From positions 62,001 through 126,000 of the forward strand of contig MNCI01001153.1 in the NCBI GenBank assembly GCA_015680685.1: a stretch of 64,000 nt of DNA, given 5' to 3'. This document shows positions 24,353-39,436 of the stretch, in pieces. How positions within the stretch are numbered: the first letter of the stretch is position 1; the number at the start of each line of letters is the position of its first letter. The position numbers were made by a program, and so were the translations under genes. This stretch comes from Gnetum montanum (taxonomy: Eukaryota; Plantae; Gnetophyta). Below the pieces are notes generated by a model that was not told the DNA's origin, searched no databases, and saw only the letters and a list, made by a program, of their open reading frames with translations.

Positions 24353-25729
24353 CTTGGGGTACCACTATAAGGTATGTTACCCATACCTATGGGTAGGATA
24401 CTTCTAAGAATCCCATAGGTCTCTTGTACTAGTCTTATTATGTAACTGAAAAGACATGTGATTCATGCCTGAAGGCACCCCTCTAACCAATGACCAAGTT
24501 TTCTCAAATTATAATATTTAAGTAATTAGTTAATCAAAAATTCTTCCTTATTTCTTTTATTGAGTAGTGGTGTTTTCATATGATTGTGGTGTCCTATGAT
24601 GATAATTTATGGATGAGGTAATGCTACTGGTAAAGGTATGGACTTGGTGTAAAACCTAGAAGGATAGATATGGTGGTCATTTTAACAACAATTAACACAA
24701 GAACATTTTGTAGACATGATAAGGTATCTCACATCCCAATCTTTGTAATCCATTTTCATCCCATTATTTATCTCACTACTGCATGCAATTATGTACCTAC
24801 TGGTTTTTATATAGGATCCTAACAAAAGTGGTTGTATGTTGTTTGGAACAAAAGGCATGATACACATTCAAGTTCAAAGTTATCCATGAACATCTATAAA
24901 TGTGGTTATGCAAGGATATTATGGTAGAATCCTCCTTTGGGAAGGATTCACTTGCATAAATTTTGTTAATCATGGCTTTAAATGAACCTCACATCTCCAA
25001 GGGTATCTTGGGAATCTTCTCTAAATTTATGTACTTTTTTCTCATCAATTTTAGTTAAAAAAAACTTTAGAGCTCTCAAAGTTTAGCTCATTTGGTGTAG
25101 GAACTAAGGATGTGAGTTTTACAAATTTTCTAATACCTCAAACCTTGAACATTATGGTAAGTAATAGTAAAAATAATTAAAATGACTTTAAAAACTTAAT
25201 GCTTTTGGTTACCTCAAAGCCTTGGAAACATTATTTTGTAATCGCCTTGAGCCTAAATGCTAAATTATTTAAAATTTTAGCTTACCAAAGGATTTAAAAA
25301 GTGTTAATCACTACGGAGAAATTAGGAAAACTAACATTAATCCTTTGGTAATTGTAGATGATGGCAAATGGAATGCCTAATAATGAGGAAAAATTCTATC
25401 TCATCCTTCAAAACATTTTGCATAAAAAAAGTACCAACATAACAACAAAAGTTGGAAGAACTATCACCACTAGTGACAACATGAAGATTCATCATTGGTA
25501 GATTTTTGATGAATTTTACAATATGTCTATCTAGTCTTTTTAACAATTTGTAATAAATCCACTTAGATAAATTTTGTAATACAACCCTCATACTTGTCTT
25601 GTTAGTCATTCTAGTCCTAGTCATCGCATAATTTTTGTAATGAACTTTATTCATCTTGTAAAAATCAAGTATAAGTTTTTCTTGACTCATGGGTGTATAA
25701 TGAAGCACGAGGATACTATTACTCAACTA

Positions 25730-26505
25730 ATATATCACATCTACGATATAGTATCTACTATATTGTATCTGCTATATTGCATCTACTACATTGCATCTTC
25801 TATATCATAGACCATGATGTTATGTCGTAATTACAATAAATGCCTATAAATACAAGGTATCTATCTTGTTTATGGCACCTCCTTTTGGTCATTTTAGTAA
25901 CTGGACTCTTGTAGTTTGGTTTTGTAGGACTTAGCTAAATTTCCCTTTAAGTGCCAATAACATATATTGAGCTGATTGTATAGAGTTTTATTCAAGTGCA
26001 TGATGTACCTAGACACATCTGCATAATGGTAATAAAATCAAGATTAATTAGTTCCATTGTAGCACTTAGATGACTGCTTTGTTTTTTTTAACCACTTTAC
26101 TTTAGATGCATCTTACTTTTCTCCACTTAGAAAAATAATATTTTATTTTGAAATAGTATGGATACAACCACTTGGAGCATGATATATTAATTCTTGATAA
26201 TCCAATTAGTGAATACTTAGTACACCTAGTAGTAGACACTTGGTAATCCAACAAGATTAATGTAAGTTCAGGATGTGTATAGAAAGTGGGAATGGATGCT
26301 CTATGCTTAGGATATCTTAGTCTATTCTTAATTCCATAGTTAGATTAGAGATTGATATTTTTCTCCCTTTCTCATTTAAATATTTTAATAATAAAAAAAT
26401 ATGAATATATTATACCTCAATCAAACTTAATCATAATCACCAAGCTAGCACAAATGATGATTGGGAAGACAATGACCAACAACATCATGCATAACTATCT
26501 AAGAT
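25730..26505 (+). repeat. Partial Athila-like LTR
   Basis: 15 bp tgcatctac.acat repeats, cctataaata TATA box, cattgtagca and gaagacaatga blocks shared with 23416-24352; termini missing. Confidence 0.65.
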
Positions 26506-27141
26506 GCTATTAGCCCAAAGTTCAAAGAAATTCGACTTGATTGCACATACATACTTTTTTTTTTGTATGGTTGCACATAGAAAACAATTGCAATTCATCA
26601 TTTACCTTTTAAGAAAATTAATCATTCTTTTCTTTAGTAACAAATTTTTTATTTAGAAGAGGAAAAATCCCAATAACATGATCTTCATGATGATAATATC
26701 TACAACATTCTCAAAAATTCTAGTATATAATTCTTTTTGGAAAAATACTAACTAAAGACATTAATTTTTTATTTTTTCTTCCTTTACCTTAAATTAATCC
26801 TTACAAAATAATGTATGTTCTACACATTATTTAGTAATTTTTTGAGCTTATTGTTATAATTTCACTTTTAACACTTTGAAAAATAAGAGTAAGATTTTCT
26901 AATTTAATCCAACAAGGAATTTTAAAATAATTAGGAGAATAAAGATCAAAATTAACTTTCCATTCCATAACAATAGAATTATTTCACTAATATCATAAAG
27001 CTTTAATATCCAAAGATGTCTTAACCATTTCAAAATTGGCTAGTTTAATGGAAAAAAAGATTTGAAAAAAATAGTAAGCATGCAAAACATTAATTTCATA
27101 GCACTAAATGATAACCTAAATAATTAATGTAAAATCCTTAA

Positions 27142-28161
27142 TTATGAGTAGTGGGTACCTCCTATGCCCAACCATACAAATCACAAGCATTTAGACATGA
27201 TCTAGTTGAATTCTGTGGATGGGACTAGTTGTGCATCTAAATTATTAAGCATTGATCATAGTTCATTGTCTTTCCACTTGGACTAGTGTTAGCTTTGTCA
27301 CATATGGTTTAGTCCAAGGTGAGGCATATGATTATTGTTGTTGTTTTATCTTTATGCTACTCCTAACAATAATCGAGAAATTAATTATTTAATCTAATTA
27401 AGAATGGAAAGTAAAGTCTAAACTAGCCTATGAGTGATGAGTATCCATCCCTCATTTTATGCACATCTTGAACCCATTTATCCACTATTGGGATTACCAA
27501 GCACTATTCTATTGGGAAAACCAAGAAATAATGCTACTAGGATTATCAAGCAAATGCATGTTTATGCTCAATATTGGTGGTGCTCATTCCACTAATTGAT
27601 TAACATGAATGGAAATGTAAATATTAACTAAGTACATGTAAAATAAAATTTCATGGAAAGTAAATTTAATCTAAGTCAAAGTGCTACAATGAATAAGAAT
27701 CAATCATGAACATATTTTCATTCATGAAATGTGTCTAGCTACATTGCCACTTGTATAAGACACCATACAACTAACTTAGATCCACACTACATGTACTCAT
27801 TGACTATAGAATAAAACTACAAGGGTTTGGATACTCTATTAATAAAAGAATGTCAAATAAATGATGGAAACATGCATATTTATATGCAGAGACACACTTT
27901 TCATTGATTCATATAAATCAACACATGCATCTATGGGATTACATGGATGTGTATACATTGATGTGGCTACGTTGACATGTACCCATCGACATAGTTATGA
28001 CATTGCATCTACAACATTGCAAATGTGATGTCGCATCTATGACATTGATGATGCAATGTAGCATTTATGATGTAGCATCCAACTAAGATGCAACGATAGG
28101 AATGCTAAGATGTAGATGTGATGTAGCATCTATGATATCTAAGCCAACTTATGTTTCATCA
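27142..28161 (-). repeat. 3' LTR of the Athila-like element
   Basis: ttatgagtagtgggtacc .. tttcatca, colinear with 31890-32887. Confidence 0.9.
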
Positions 28162-30199
28162 TACCCTCACAACTGAATAAAAACTCATCTTGGAGTTAAT
28201 AGGGTAAGACCGAGCTTTGTTTACAAAAAATTGAAAAAGTATGGGATTATTGACTAATGCTAACTATTTATTGACTCTAAGTGCTACATTATAAATTTTT
28301 ATTCAAGTGGATGCATATAAAATGAAAAAATGACAAAAATGCTAGACAAATATTGAAGATTACAAAATTTGTAGAGGTCTTCAAAAGTCCACTAAAGATG
28401 ATTTTTTTTATTGTTGTTAGCAGTGGTAGACTTCCAATCTTGATTGTTATGTCAATGCTTATTTGGTTATGTACAACATTCTTAAAGGAAGGACTAAAAT
28501 TTCTTTTCATTATCCCATGGATTAAGCAATCATGTGATGTTTGACTCGTTATCCTATATGTACTACTATTTGTCCATGGGCATATCCTTCATTGTCCCTC
28601 TCTTAGCTTTTTTTCTATGCCTCAAAAAATATGTTCTTCCTTAAGCATCCTTTTTAGCATCAGCTATAGTCACAAAAGGATCAATATTAGGTTTGGTAAA
28701 TTTTCTTTAATAATTAACCCTTTTTGGATCCCTTAGTTTGTGTTTAAGCACAAGGTCATGACAGCATACTATGCCTAAGGCTATGAGGTAACTAAAATCA
28801 TCAAGCTTTTCACCTTATTTTGATCAATTACTATTAGTCCCCTTGAGGTCACATCCTTTGCCTTTTCTACTTGGTCATTTCCACTTTCTTCAAGGTACAA
28901 TGATCATTGATAGATTTTAGTTTCATGAGAGAAGAGCCAAATTGCTTTCATGACAAAGACCTTTTATTTAGAGAACTAGAGGGATGGATGAGGTGGTCTC
29001 ACTACTTTATACAATTACTTACTCAATCATCTTGATAGCATAGCACAAAAACCCAACACATAGCATTGACTTCTACATCATGACTAGAGATATTACTAAC
29101 AAAAACACGAAGAAAATAACTCAAAAAAAGAGATAATTATAAAGAAAAGAAAGATATTAATACATGGGAAACATAGTAAGAATTAGAAAATGTTGAAAGA
29201 AATACAAAAATGATAAAAAATTGTAAAACAAAAAAGTGAAACACACTTATTAGTTCTTGATTTAGGATGAGGCATCTCCCCCACAACTAAGCGTAAAGTG
29301 GGACAAGAGCTAATGAGTGGATTGGATGGTTCCATGCATCTTTTAAATGGTTTTGCATTCTCATTTCCAAGCCATTGGGTGTCTTCTAGTTTAGTGGCTA
29401 TTGTGTAGACTTGTTTTTTTTCGCACACTTGTGACTCAACTTTGTTGTAGGTTGGAATAGGGATTGGTTTAATATTTTTAATGTCTAGCCCACAACTACA
29501 CCCTTTATTATTATTAGTGATGCATGGATTTTTCTATCTCTCCACAATGATAGGTTCCTTTTGTATGTCTTGTGTTGGAGTGGCAATGGTTGTTGGTTGT
29601 TGTGTATGATTAGAAGACATTATTCTAGTGAGGAAGGGTATTGCACTAGATTGGTCTTGTGTTGGTTTTGATGTGCTAGTAGGCCTATGAGTTTTTCACT
29701 CATACATGGAAAATATCTTAAAGAAATAATATTTCCAAGGTTGTGCTTGAGATCTACTAGCATTATCATTTTCGTATACACTCACAACACAAGTGGCATT
29801 CTTTTATTGATGTTGTGGTGTCAAACCTTCCTATGCTATTGGTGATGACATGTGGTGGAGGAAAGTATGAGAATATTGAAGATGTGATGGAGGATAAGAG
29901 ACATGAGATGGTGATCCCATAGAAGATGTTGTGGGTTGATGATATTCAAGAGAATGGTAGTAGTGATTTGCGGTAGAGAAAGTAGAACCTATTGGGGAAA
30001 TAGGTTGTTGAACATAATATCCATATAGATTTAGTTAGCAATAAGGGTAGTGCTAATTTGATGATGGCCTCCCCCATGATTATGGGTTTTGCCACTATGA
30101 TTAATAGTAGTTCTAAGGTTGGTAAGAAGTCCCACTAGGATAGTATGGTTGGTTGTAGGACTATTTATATTTACCTTGTGAGTAAGCTAATTTCCTAGG

Positions 30200-31764
30200 A
30201 ATTTGCTTTTGTACAAACTTGAGATCCAAAGCAAAATCTCAATACTCATGTAGATGTAACATGATTAGGTAGTAGCCCTTTGCATGGTCATATAGGAAAA
30301 TGTCTCATTTATCATCCTCTTTTATGGTTGATTCTATAGCTTCTTCTTCTACAGTAATTTTTCCTTTTTGCTAATAAGTGTTCCTACCTATTTCTTGGTT
30401 CTTTTTCCTGTTGTTTTGATCACTTGATTCATTTTGTGTTACTCTATCCTCCATGGTTTTCATGTAGGTTGTAACTTTGTCATTCATCAACTCCCACATA
30501 TTATCTATCCTTACTTCAAGCTCATTAATAGATTTTTGTATTGACAAGATTTATTGTGAAATCACCTTATCAAGAGTTGCCTCTTTTTCCTTGTCATAGA
30601 TATGGATCCTTTCTTTTAAGGAGTTGGATCCTAGTTATATTCCTCTACATTCTCTCATTTATATAGCTCTCCTTCTTCTTTTTCCACCCACTTATAGCCT
30701 TTATATCTAATGGGCTTTTAGTTCATATAATTGACCTTGGGCATAAATCCCAAGGGTCTCCCTCATTTGATTATGAAGCCCATCTATGATGTAGAAAAGT
30801 TGCTATTTTTGATAGAAATCATGATTGGGACATCTATGTAGTGGCAAATAGTATCTATCCAAGGTCACATCCAAGGATTCATGTTGTTCTTGCTTCCATC
30901 CCTAGATTTATTTTCTCAAGTTAGACCCTCTTACATTGGTTTGGTATTTTTCATTGAAATTTTTTAGCATTATGGACCACTAATGGATTAAATATTCTTC
31001 CAACAATCTTTACCAACTTTTAGCTTCATATATTGTTATCCTAGGAAAGATCTTAAGCCTTTTCCACTTACTTTCGATATTTTGAAAGGTGTGGGCATCA
31101 TGGAAGGGTTATAAATGATGTTGTGGACCAGAATTATATCATCCCTTAAATTGAGAAATGTTATTCATACTCATCCATCTAATGTAGCTCTCCTTTTGAT
31201 GCCTATGGGGTATTTGAGCTACCTCCCTAATCTCTATCATGCTCTTAGTAGCTAACAAGGGTTCATCTATATCAAACATGTCATGGTGATAATCTATATT
31301 CTATTAATCTAATTATGATGTTCTTATCTATGTTCATTTTCATGTCTTTGATTTTTCCCTTGGCTTTAATTTCTATCTTTATCTTGACCCCATAGTGGAG
31401 CTCTATCTCTATACCTATGTTCATGTTCATCAAAACTAGACATTGAAGAGGAAGAGAAACATGAGGAAATAGGAGAATTGCCATGGCTTCTATATCTTCC
31501 CACATGATCACTTAATCTATTTTTTCTAGGTTTAAAAGAGGTCCTAGGCCTTGAGGTTCTTCTTGTTCCAGGACATTTTCCATCTCCTCTAGGATTGTCT
31601 ATGCTAGTTGAGCATAGTCCTTGTGTGTAGTAATGGTAGAGATGAGCATATGAAATTCCTACTTGAGATTGTTCACTCCAATTCTCTTCTATATAGAACC
31701 AATCATTTTCGTCATGAGTGGTCTCATCATATGATGCATTATTAGTCCTATGTGAAGAAGGCAT
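30200..31764 (-). pseudogene. gag remnant of the Athila-like element
   Basis: ISQFKG*YNSGPQHHL*PFHDA and RLKIFPR..EAKSW capsid-like remnants near 31000-31160. Confidence 0.6.
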
Positions 31765-31870
31765 GGTTTTAACATGTGTGACTTAAAATATTAATATTTT
31801 CTAAAGGATAAATAATTAACACCTTAATAGTAATCGTTTATGATATAACTAATATAGATAACTAGCACCA

Positions 31871-31888
31871 TCCCCAACAATGGCACCA
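31871..31888 (-). promoter_or_regulatory. Primer binding site, Athila/tRNA-Asp type
   Basis: Minus strand TGGTGCCATTGTTGGGGA, a decayed TGGCGCCGTTGCCGGGGA, 1 nt from the LTR. Confidence 0.8.
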
Positions 31889-31889
31889 A

Positions 31890-32887
31890 TGATGAGTAAT
31901 GGGTACATCCTACATTCAACCATATGAATCACAAGTTTTCACATATGATCCAGTGAAATTCCATGGATGGGAATATTATGCATCTAGATCATTAAGCATT
32001 GATTGCAATTCACTATCTTCCAACTTGGACTAGTGGTAGCTTTATCATGTATGGTTTAGTCCAAGGTGAGGCATATGATTGTTGATGCTATTTAAGCTTC
32101 ATGCTACTTCTAACGATAATATAGAAATTAATTATTTAACCTAATTAAAAATGGAAAGTAAAGTCTAAACTAGCTTATTAGTGATGATTGTCCATTCCTA
32201 GCTTATTGTACATGTCTTGAATCCATGTATGCACTACTAGGATTACCAAGCACTATGTTACTAGGAAAACCAAGCAATAATGTTGTTTGGATTACCAAGA
32301 AAATATGTGTTTAGACTTGAAACTAGTCGCACTCATTCTACCAATTGATTAATGTGCATGGAAATGTAAATATTAATTAAGTACATGAAACATAAATATT
32401 AACTATGTACATGTAAAGTTAAACCTCATGGAAACTAAATTTAATCTAAGTCAAAGTTCTATAATGAATAAGAATCAATCTTGATATTATTGTCATTCAT
32501 CGAATGTGTCCAGGTACATTGTTACTCAAATAAGACACTATACAACTAACTCAGATCTACACTATGGTCACTCACTGACTATTCTCTAAGACTATGGAAT
32601 AAAACTCTAATAGTTTGGCTACTCTATTAGCAAAATAATGGCAATTACATAGTGTGCACATGCATAGTTATATGAGAAAACATACACTGCATCAACATGC
32701 ACACATCAATGCATCAATGCATGCATTGACAAGATTACATTGATGCATACCCATCAATGCAGCTACAATATCACATCTATGACATCGCTGATGTGATGTA
32801 GTAGCCAACTAAGATGCATTGATATGGATGCTAAGATGTAGATGTGATGTAGCATCTATGATATCTTAGCCAATTGATGCTTCATCA
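31890..32887 (-). repeat. 5' LTR of the Athila-like element
   Basis: tgatgagtaatgggtac .. cttcatca; adjacent PBS. Confidence 0.9.
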
Positions 32888-35800
32888 CTTATTTAGAAAA
32901 AGGCATCTAATAATCTATAAAATTATATATCAATAAGTGATATTTTTTGATAGAGATTCATATAAATCATCAAGTAAAATAAAATCAAGAGTCTGATAAT
33001 CCTTCATAGTCTCTACAATTTAAGAGATATTAGAATTCTTCATCTTTAGACCATTCCTTAATAAAAAATTTCTACCATAATAACTTTGCAAGAAATCCTT
33101 AAGGTCATTCATAGGTTTTATGCATTGTCAGTGTGGTTGGGTATTACTATGTTCTTTTCAATTTTATATGCACTCATATTTGGAGTTAAGTGTTTCTTTG
33201 CATGTGTTGCTTTACTTGACTTTGATAATTAAATTTTCATCACTTTTGAGAAAAGAAGGTTTTGTGGGAATTCATCATATCACCTATTTTGAGCTAGGTA
33301 TTTTACATTAGATTTTTATATTTACATCATTATATTCATCTTATTATAGATCTAATTGGGTTTTGACCATTTGACTAAATTTCATGTCACTATTTCTTTA
33401 TGAGCTTTTTTATGATTTTACCTAGGGTTTGGACCCTTTGTAAAGCCATCATTTTAAATATCATTTTTCTCTTATTTTAAAGAACTATTTATGTCCTTCA
33501 AGTTATGTTTATGATGTCCCTCATGTTCCTTGTTGATTACTAATCATGTGGTGGTAATTTCATGTCATTTTCTCTTTTTCTTAAATCTTACATTAAAACC
33601 ACAAGTCTACCAAGGGTTATAGTAAGACTACTAATGCTAATCATGAGTTGTGATTCATTATCTCCCACCATGGGTACTGGTGAGATCTTGGTCAATTATT
33701 TTTCCTTCTATTGCAATTCCACTCTATGTTTGCAATAAACCTTTGATTTTGCAAATCATTATCAAGTTATATTTTGTCACCATGGATCCTAGTGAAGTAT
33801 GATCAAGACTATTACACCATTCGTTTTATTTTGGGTCATTTTGAGTGGTTTCTTGTTAACCATGGATCATGGTCAAGTTGTGATCAAGTCACATGGATCA
33901 AGTTGTAGTCAAGTAATTTTATGATAGTTTTTTAGGTGCTTTTTCTAAGTAAACCACAAGTGATAGGTAGATCATGGTCACCTTATGATTAGCCATAATG
34001 GATTATCATCAAGTCATGATGAGATTGTGGTCTCTCAATATTTTCAATTTTAAGTATATCTTGTTTTTTGAGCTTAGTTTGACATCTTTGTTATATTATT
34101 AGTTATTCTAAATCATATTGGTTCATTGGTATCAATCATGAGTTGATTATTAAGCCTTACTAAATTGTTTTAGTACTTGGACTTATTGGTTGTTAATAGT
34201 GTTCCTCCACCATTAACCTTTGATTTGTTCTTTGTTGAATTCTTATACAAATATTGATTGTTAGGAGCTAGCACCAAGTTTTATGGCCAGTTGAAGATGG
34301 GCTCCATAGAGATGTTTGGTATTTAACCCTCATGGAATGCATCAATATGACTTTGATTGTAGGCCCCATCCTATAGGATATGGTGATTCATCAATCATTA
34401 TTTCTTTATTCAATATCTCTATAATATTAGAGATGAGCACTATATGATTCCTTGAGCATTGGTAGTTTGATATGAGACTAATAAATAAATTCATGTACAT
34501 GGTAATTTAGCTTTGGATTTGAAAGAGAGGTACACATGATAGAAATTCATACATTTGAAACTAAGTGTGATGCATACTAGCCTCATTGTTTGTAGGTTAA
34601 GGGGTTGTAATGAACAAATTAATTTCGTTAGCTTTTTGGTTGTTACTTAGATCTATATGTGTTTTATGGTCTATGAGGTTTAGTTTACTTATGCATACTA
34701 TCATGTATTGCTTCACAATATGTCTTCACCTAGCCATCATGAGACTTCTTCTCGATTCAATTAGAGGAGGTGCCAAGGTCTCTCACTTAGTGTTTATAGA
34801 TCCCCTCTTTTATTTTTAGTTTACTAGGATCAAGTGGGGTAAGAAGATCTCTTAACATGTGCTACTAATATTTAGATTATTTTCACATTTATTTTCCTAG
34901 CATTAGTCAATCACTCTATTTANNNNNATGATTTCATTTTTATTTTAGTTTTTCTTGTCATGATTAATTTGTTCATTAGGGATTCTATAACCAACATAAT
35001 TCTTTCTACCCTAAGGCTAGGAAGAAGGGTATTACATTGACATCCCTTTGTTAATAGTAGTATCTACAATTATCTAGGGGTGTCGGGGCTACATGACATA
35101 TGTTAAATTTATTTTGCATTTTAAATATTTTTGATAGTTTGAATTATTTTGATTACTTTAATTTTATATGTTTTATTTTATTATAGAAACTTATATGCAC
35201 TAACAATGTTAGCTTGTATAGTCATGTATCATAGACTAATGGCTAGATAATATTAGAGGAAATAACACACAAACTTTATTATTATGCATTTATTGCTATT
35301 GCCAGTGCATGTATATGCTTATGTCCATGGCATTAAACATGTATGTAGTATGAAAAAGTATTTTAGAAAAAATCTAATGCATTCTATAGAAAGCAAAGAT
35401 TGAAAAACTAAAATACTTTAACTTTGTAAGTTTAAAACTTAAACTTGAAACCTCTATTTTATTATCTCAAGTTTATACCACTATTCTACTCATCTCATCT
35501 ATGATCAAACTTATTTTTTATGTTATTTAAATATGTGTTTCTAGGTTCCACCCCTACCTAATAGTGGATTAGCCTACTCACAAACAAGGGTAGGACATAG
35601 GAACACATAAGCATGATAGATGATGGCCATCAAGTATTCATGTGATAGCAGCATTACATTAAATATCTACGAAGGAAGTTTTTATGTTCTTCCATGTTGG
35701 AGTAATATGACATGTTTCATAGCTTGGCATAACTTATTATTATTCTTTGGATGATCTTTCCATATTTGTTTATGCACTAATGATGACTTGTTTTGGAATG

Positions 35801-37102
35801 GAATATATGATAACTATGTCATATGTCATGGTGTTGATAATGATTTTGTCATATTTTAATGGTGGATGATATGAGGTGAGATGACATGTTGATCTTAGAA
35901 AAAAATATTATACCTATAACAACAGGTCTTAGGTCAATTATAAATGTCTCGTTCCAGTTAAGAACTAACACACCATGTCTATAAAAACATATCTTAGGAA
36001 TCCTTAGGATTATTCAACATCTAATGAACAAATGTTTGTGAAGAGATAGGAGATGCTAGGTGGTACAAGAGGTGCAAAGCATAGGAGAGTTTAATTTGCA
36101 ATAGTAGCTAGGGGCATATGATGGTGGTAGTAGTTCTATAGTTAGGCAAGATATGGTGGATATATGGAAACAATAATGGTTTTGTAATTAGGTAGACAAT
36201 GATGTGCAAAAAGAGAAGTATCAAGTTAGGGTTATATTACTTATCATTCCAATATATTAAGCCTTGATGGTTAGGGTCAAATGAGTTTTGTGGTTAATTA
36301 ATGTAGTGATGATTGTCTTTAAGGATTTTATGTTGATCCTAGTTTTTCTATAATCATATCAAGTATTATAGATTTCTCTGATATAAGGTACTTTAGAGGT
36401 TAATTTGCAATTTTGAGTAGGTTATATGGTTCAATTTAAGGTCTACATTTCTACAATTTTTTTTAAAATTTACTTGAGGGTTTTTTTTTCACAATTTTTA
36501 AGTTTTTGCAATTAAGCTTATAATATATTTCTCTATTAAATCTAGGATGGAGGCATTGTTGATTTGTTAATATGAGGTTATTATATGATTTATTTTGAAG
36601 ATATTTTCATGTTTACAATTTTTACCTAATTTTTTGAATTTATTTAATTATTTTTATAGCCTTTCATATTGCTAATAAATTCATAGCTTTCTCACATGTC
36701 AATGAGAATTTGGAGCAAGGAGACATTCCATCCAAAAAGTCTCATTCTATTTTATAGCTCTACAAAATATCATTAATGCCTACCACCAATGATCTAGTTA
36801 TTATACTTGGAAATATTAATGGTTATGTGAATGTTGATTTTAATATGTCTTGAAATTCTAACAACTATTTGGTAAATTATTATAAAGAATATTAAGAAGC
36901 TAATACTAGAGGATAAAGAGACCAAAATCTTGTTAGGAATCCTAAATATGGATTTTGTTTCCTTTCTACTAATACTAGTAATAGACTTTGTGTTTGATAG
37001 GTCCTAACTTAGATTAAGAAGGGATTTTAAGTCTTGTAAATTTATACTTTGAGTATCACATCCTTATTTTAGGAACACTTTTTTCATCCTCTTACTAGTA
37101 TG

Positions 37103-38423
37103 TGTTGCATTAGGAAAATTTGATTGTTGGAAAATTGAGAGTTCTTGATGAAAAATGTTTGACCTTGGATCCCAAGGACCTCCAAGAAAGAGGATCCAAG
37201 GTTCCCTAGACTTTCTTATTAATCACCCAAGGACTTGAAGAGTGTAAGCAAGTGTAAATAACTTAAATGAAAATGTAGATCCAATTCAAAAGAAAGAAGA
37301 AAAAATAATCATAGAATAAACTTGCACAATAAATGAATTATAAGCTTTATTATAATAATGAAATATTGAAAGTATAGAGTCCAGATGTGTACAAATTAAT
37401 ATGCAAAAATGGATAGGGATCTACACTGATGAAGCTTTAAGGTCTGTTGAAGTTGGTAGATTGTGTTTTGTAGTTAGCCTCATGATCAAGGTACTTCCTA
37501 TATTTGATTACCAAAATTCCTTGCTGCTTCTTAGGTTGGACCTGTAGCATTGGTTACAAAAATGATGGGTGTTATGCTAGACTTTTTATTACTATGAAAG
37601 TACACTGAGAGTTTCTAATGCTTGACCAATTGCTAGTTTTCTCCAAAAGGTCTCAAAAAATGCCAAAGGTTCAAATGCCAAAAATTGCAAAAGTTGTGAA
37701 ACCTATTTAATGTGTTCAAAATTTATTTTTATAGGCTATACAATTGCTAATTTGGGACTGCAAATTTTGGCCATGATTGCTGACAAATTCGTGTAATTTG
37801 TAGGTATAGTAGGCCATTCGTTCCAATGTATTTTTTAACTTATGATAAGTTTGGTTGCACCAATGCCATCAAAACTACACTAAGTTCTATACAAGGTAAA
37901 TGGACTTTGAAAATTACATTGGCTTCACCACAACTACTTTGGCCTTGAAAAACTACATTGGCTTCATGGGATCATCGTTGGTTTCATGGAATCCATGCTA
38001 GCCTTGCTAGAAAAATTAAAGCCCAAAAATTCCAATGCTATGTGTAGGTGGTTCCAACATAAGTTTGGCTATGGCCAACATAAAACACATGAAAAACCCA
38101 AATTTGGTAGTTTCCAAGGAATGTTCAGCCTTTGCAAGTCCAAATATAGACATGAAATAGCTTTCCCACTTGGGAAGTAAGGATACAACAAATTATGAGG
38201 CATTTTTTAGCCCCAAAAATTTGAAATTCTATGAGATTATACCTCAAGATCTACAAACCTTACATTTTACAATAAAAATCTAGCCTCAAGTTTAATGGTG
38301 AAGGTTACCATGGTAAAAAGTTACAACATGAATTTTATTGGTGGTACTTTATTGGACCCTCTTTGTTGATATTTTAAGGATTAACCTAAGAGACATCGAC
38401 AAAGAATACAAAACACCACTACA
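37103..38423 (-). mobile_element. Isolated Tat LTR (37103-38351) plus PPT/hairpin extension (38352-38423)
   Basis: tgttgca start aligns with the reverse complement of the element B LTR end; extension homologous to 15642-15712; no clean TSD. Confidence 0.75.
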
Positions 38424-39364
38424 AGTCCATCACCAATGTGTCCTCTTTTTGCTTGCTTATGTAGTTGTCAAATGATGCTAAAGAGTCCTTGTGATGATGG
38501 GATGTGGTTATGATGAGATGAAAATTGATAAAGGCTATACTTGGTCATAAGGGGATGTTCATAGGAATTATCAATGAATTTCTCATGTTGACATCATGAT
38601 TATGGTTATAGCAATGACATGTTGACTAATTGATGTAGTGTTCACACTTCATGCCTTAAAGTGTCAGTCACTCAATAATGTTTTTTTAAGGAACCAACAC
38701 CTCACTCTGAGGTTTCTTTAACCATTAGGCTCCTCCATTTTCTTATTTGGATTTGTTGATCTATATTTTTGGCTTCATTTATCTTTTGGATACTTGGAAA
38801 TCTACTTGGCACCCCCACTCCCCCCCACTTTTTGTTTTGTAGGGTGAAACCTTCATTGGGTATCATTACCAAGGTTAAAGTCGATTTAGTTTTCTTGTTT
38901 AATGATATGTGTTACATCCAATGAAGTTGATGCTGAAGCATGATGAAGAAGAGGTCATATGGCCATAATGCATGAGTGCCAAACATAGGTCATCATTGTT
39001 GTTTAGGATGGGAAGGTTGTAATTATGATATGAGATTGGACTTATGGAGGAGTAATGGAAGTGATGTAAAATAAGCACTCTTGGTATGATAGGACAAGTT
39101 AACTGAATCTCATGCATCGAGTTCACATAGTAACTTACTACCGTGATGAGTTGTGGTTTTACAATGAATTTAGGCCTCATCCTACAAATAAAACTCCAAG
39201 AGAATAATAAAACAAGATAAAGAAAACATGTTATTACAAAACACTATATAGGGCTACATGAGACAACTAGCAAACCAAGCCATCATAGGCTACTATTAAT
39301 GTAATACTGAGAGATCTATGCAATGTGCATCAAATTGATAAAGCTTGTAGTTCATTCATTGTAC

Positions 39365-39365
<1 letters not shown>

Positions 39366-39435
<70 letters not shown>
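39366..39435. repeat. (AG)35 microsatellite
   Basis: Perfect dinucleotide run of 70 bp. Confidence 0.98.

Positions 39436-39436
<1 letters not shown>

Larger units (their letters stand above)
27142..32887 (-). mobile_element. Complete but pol-less Athila-like LTR element
   Basis: LTRs 27142-28161 and 31890-32887; near-TSD cttaa/cttat; PBS next to the upper LTR; PPT-like taccctcac after 28161; only gag-like remnants inside. Confidence 0.9.

Noticed and set aside
32888-37085. Possible LTR end (gggtattaca ~35036) and exon-like fragments near 35540-35700
   Set aside because: Too decayed; no partner LTR or recognisable domain
37086-37102. Possible PBS remnant (cctcttactagta) beside the LTR at 37103
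   Set aside because: Only a partial match, lacks the TGG end, and no internal domain follows
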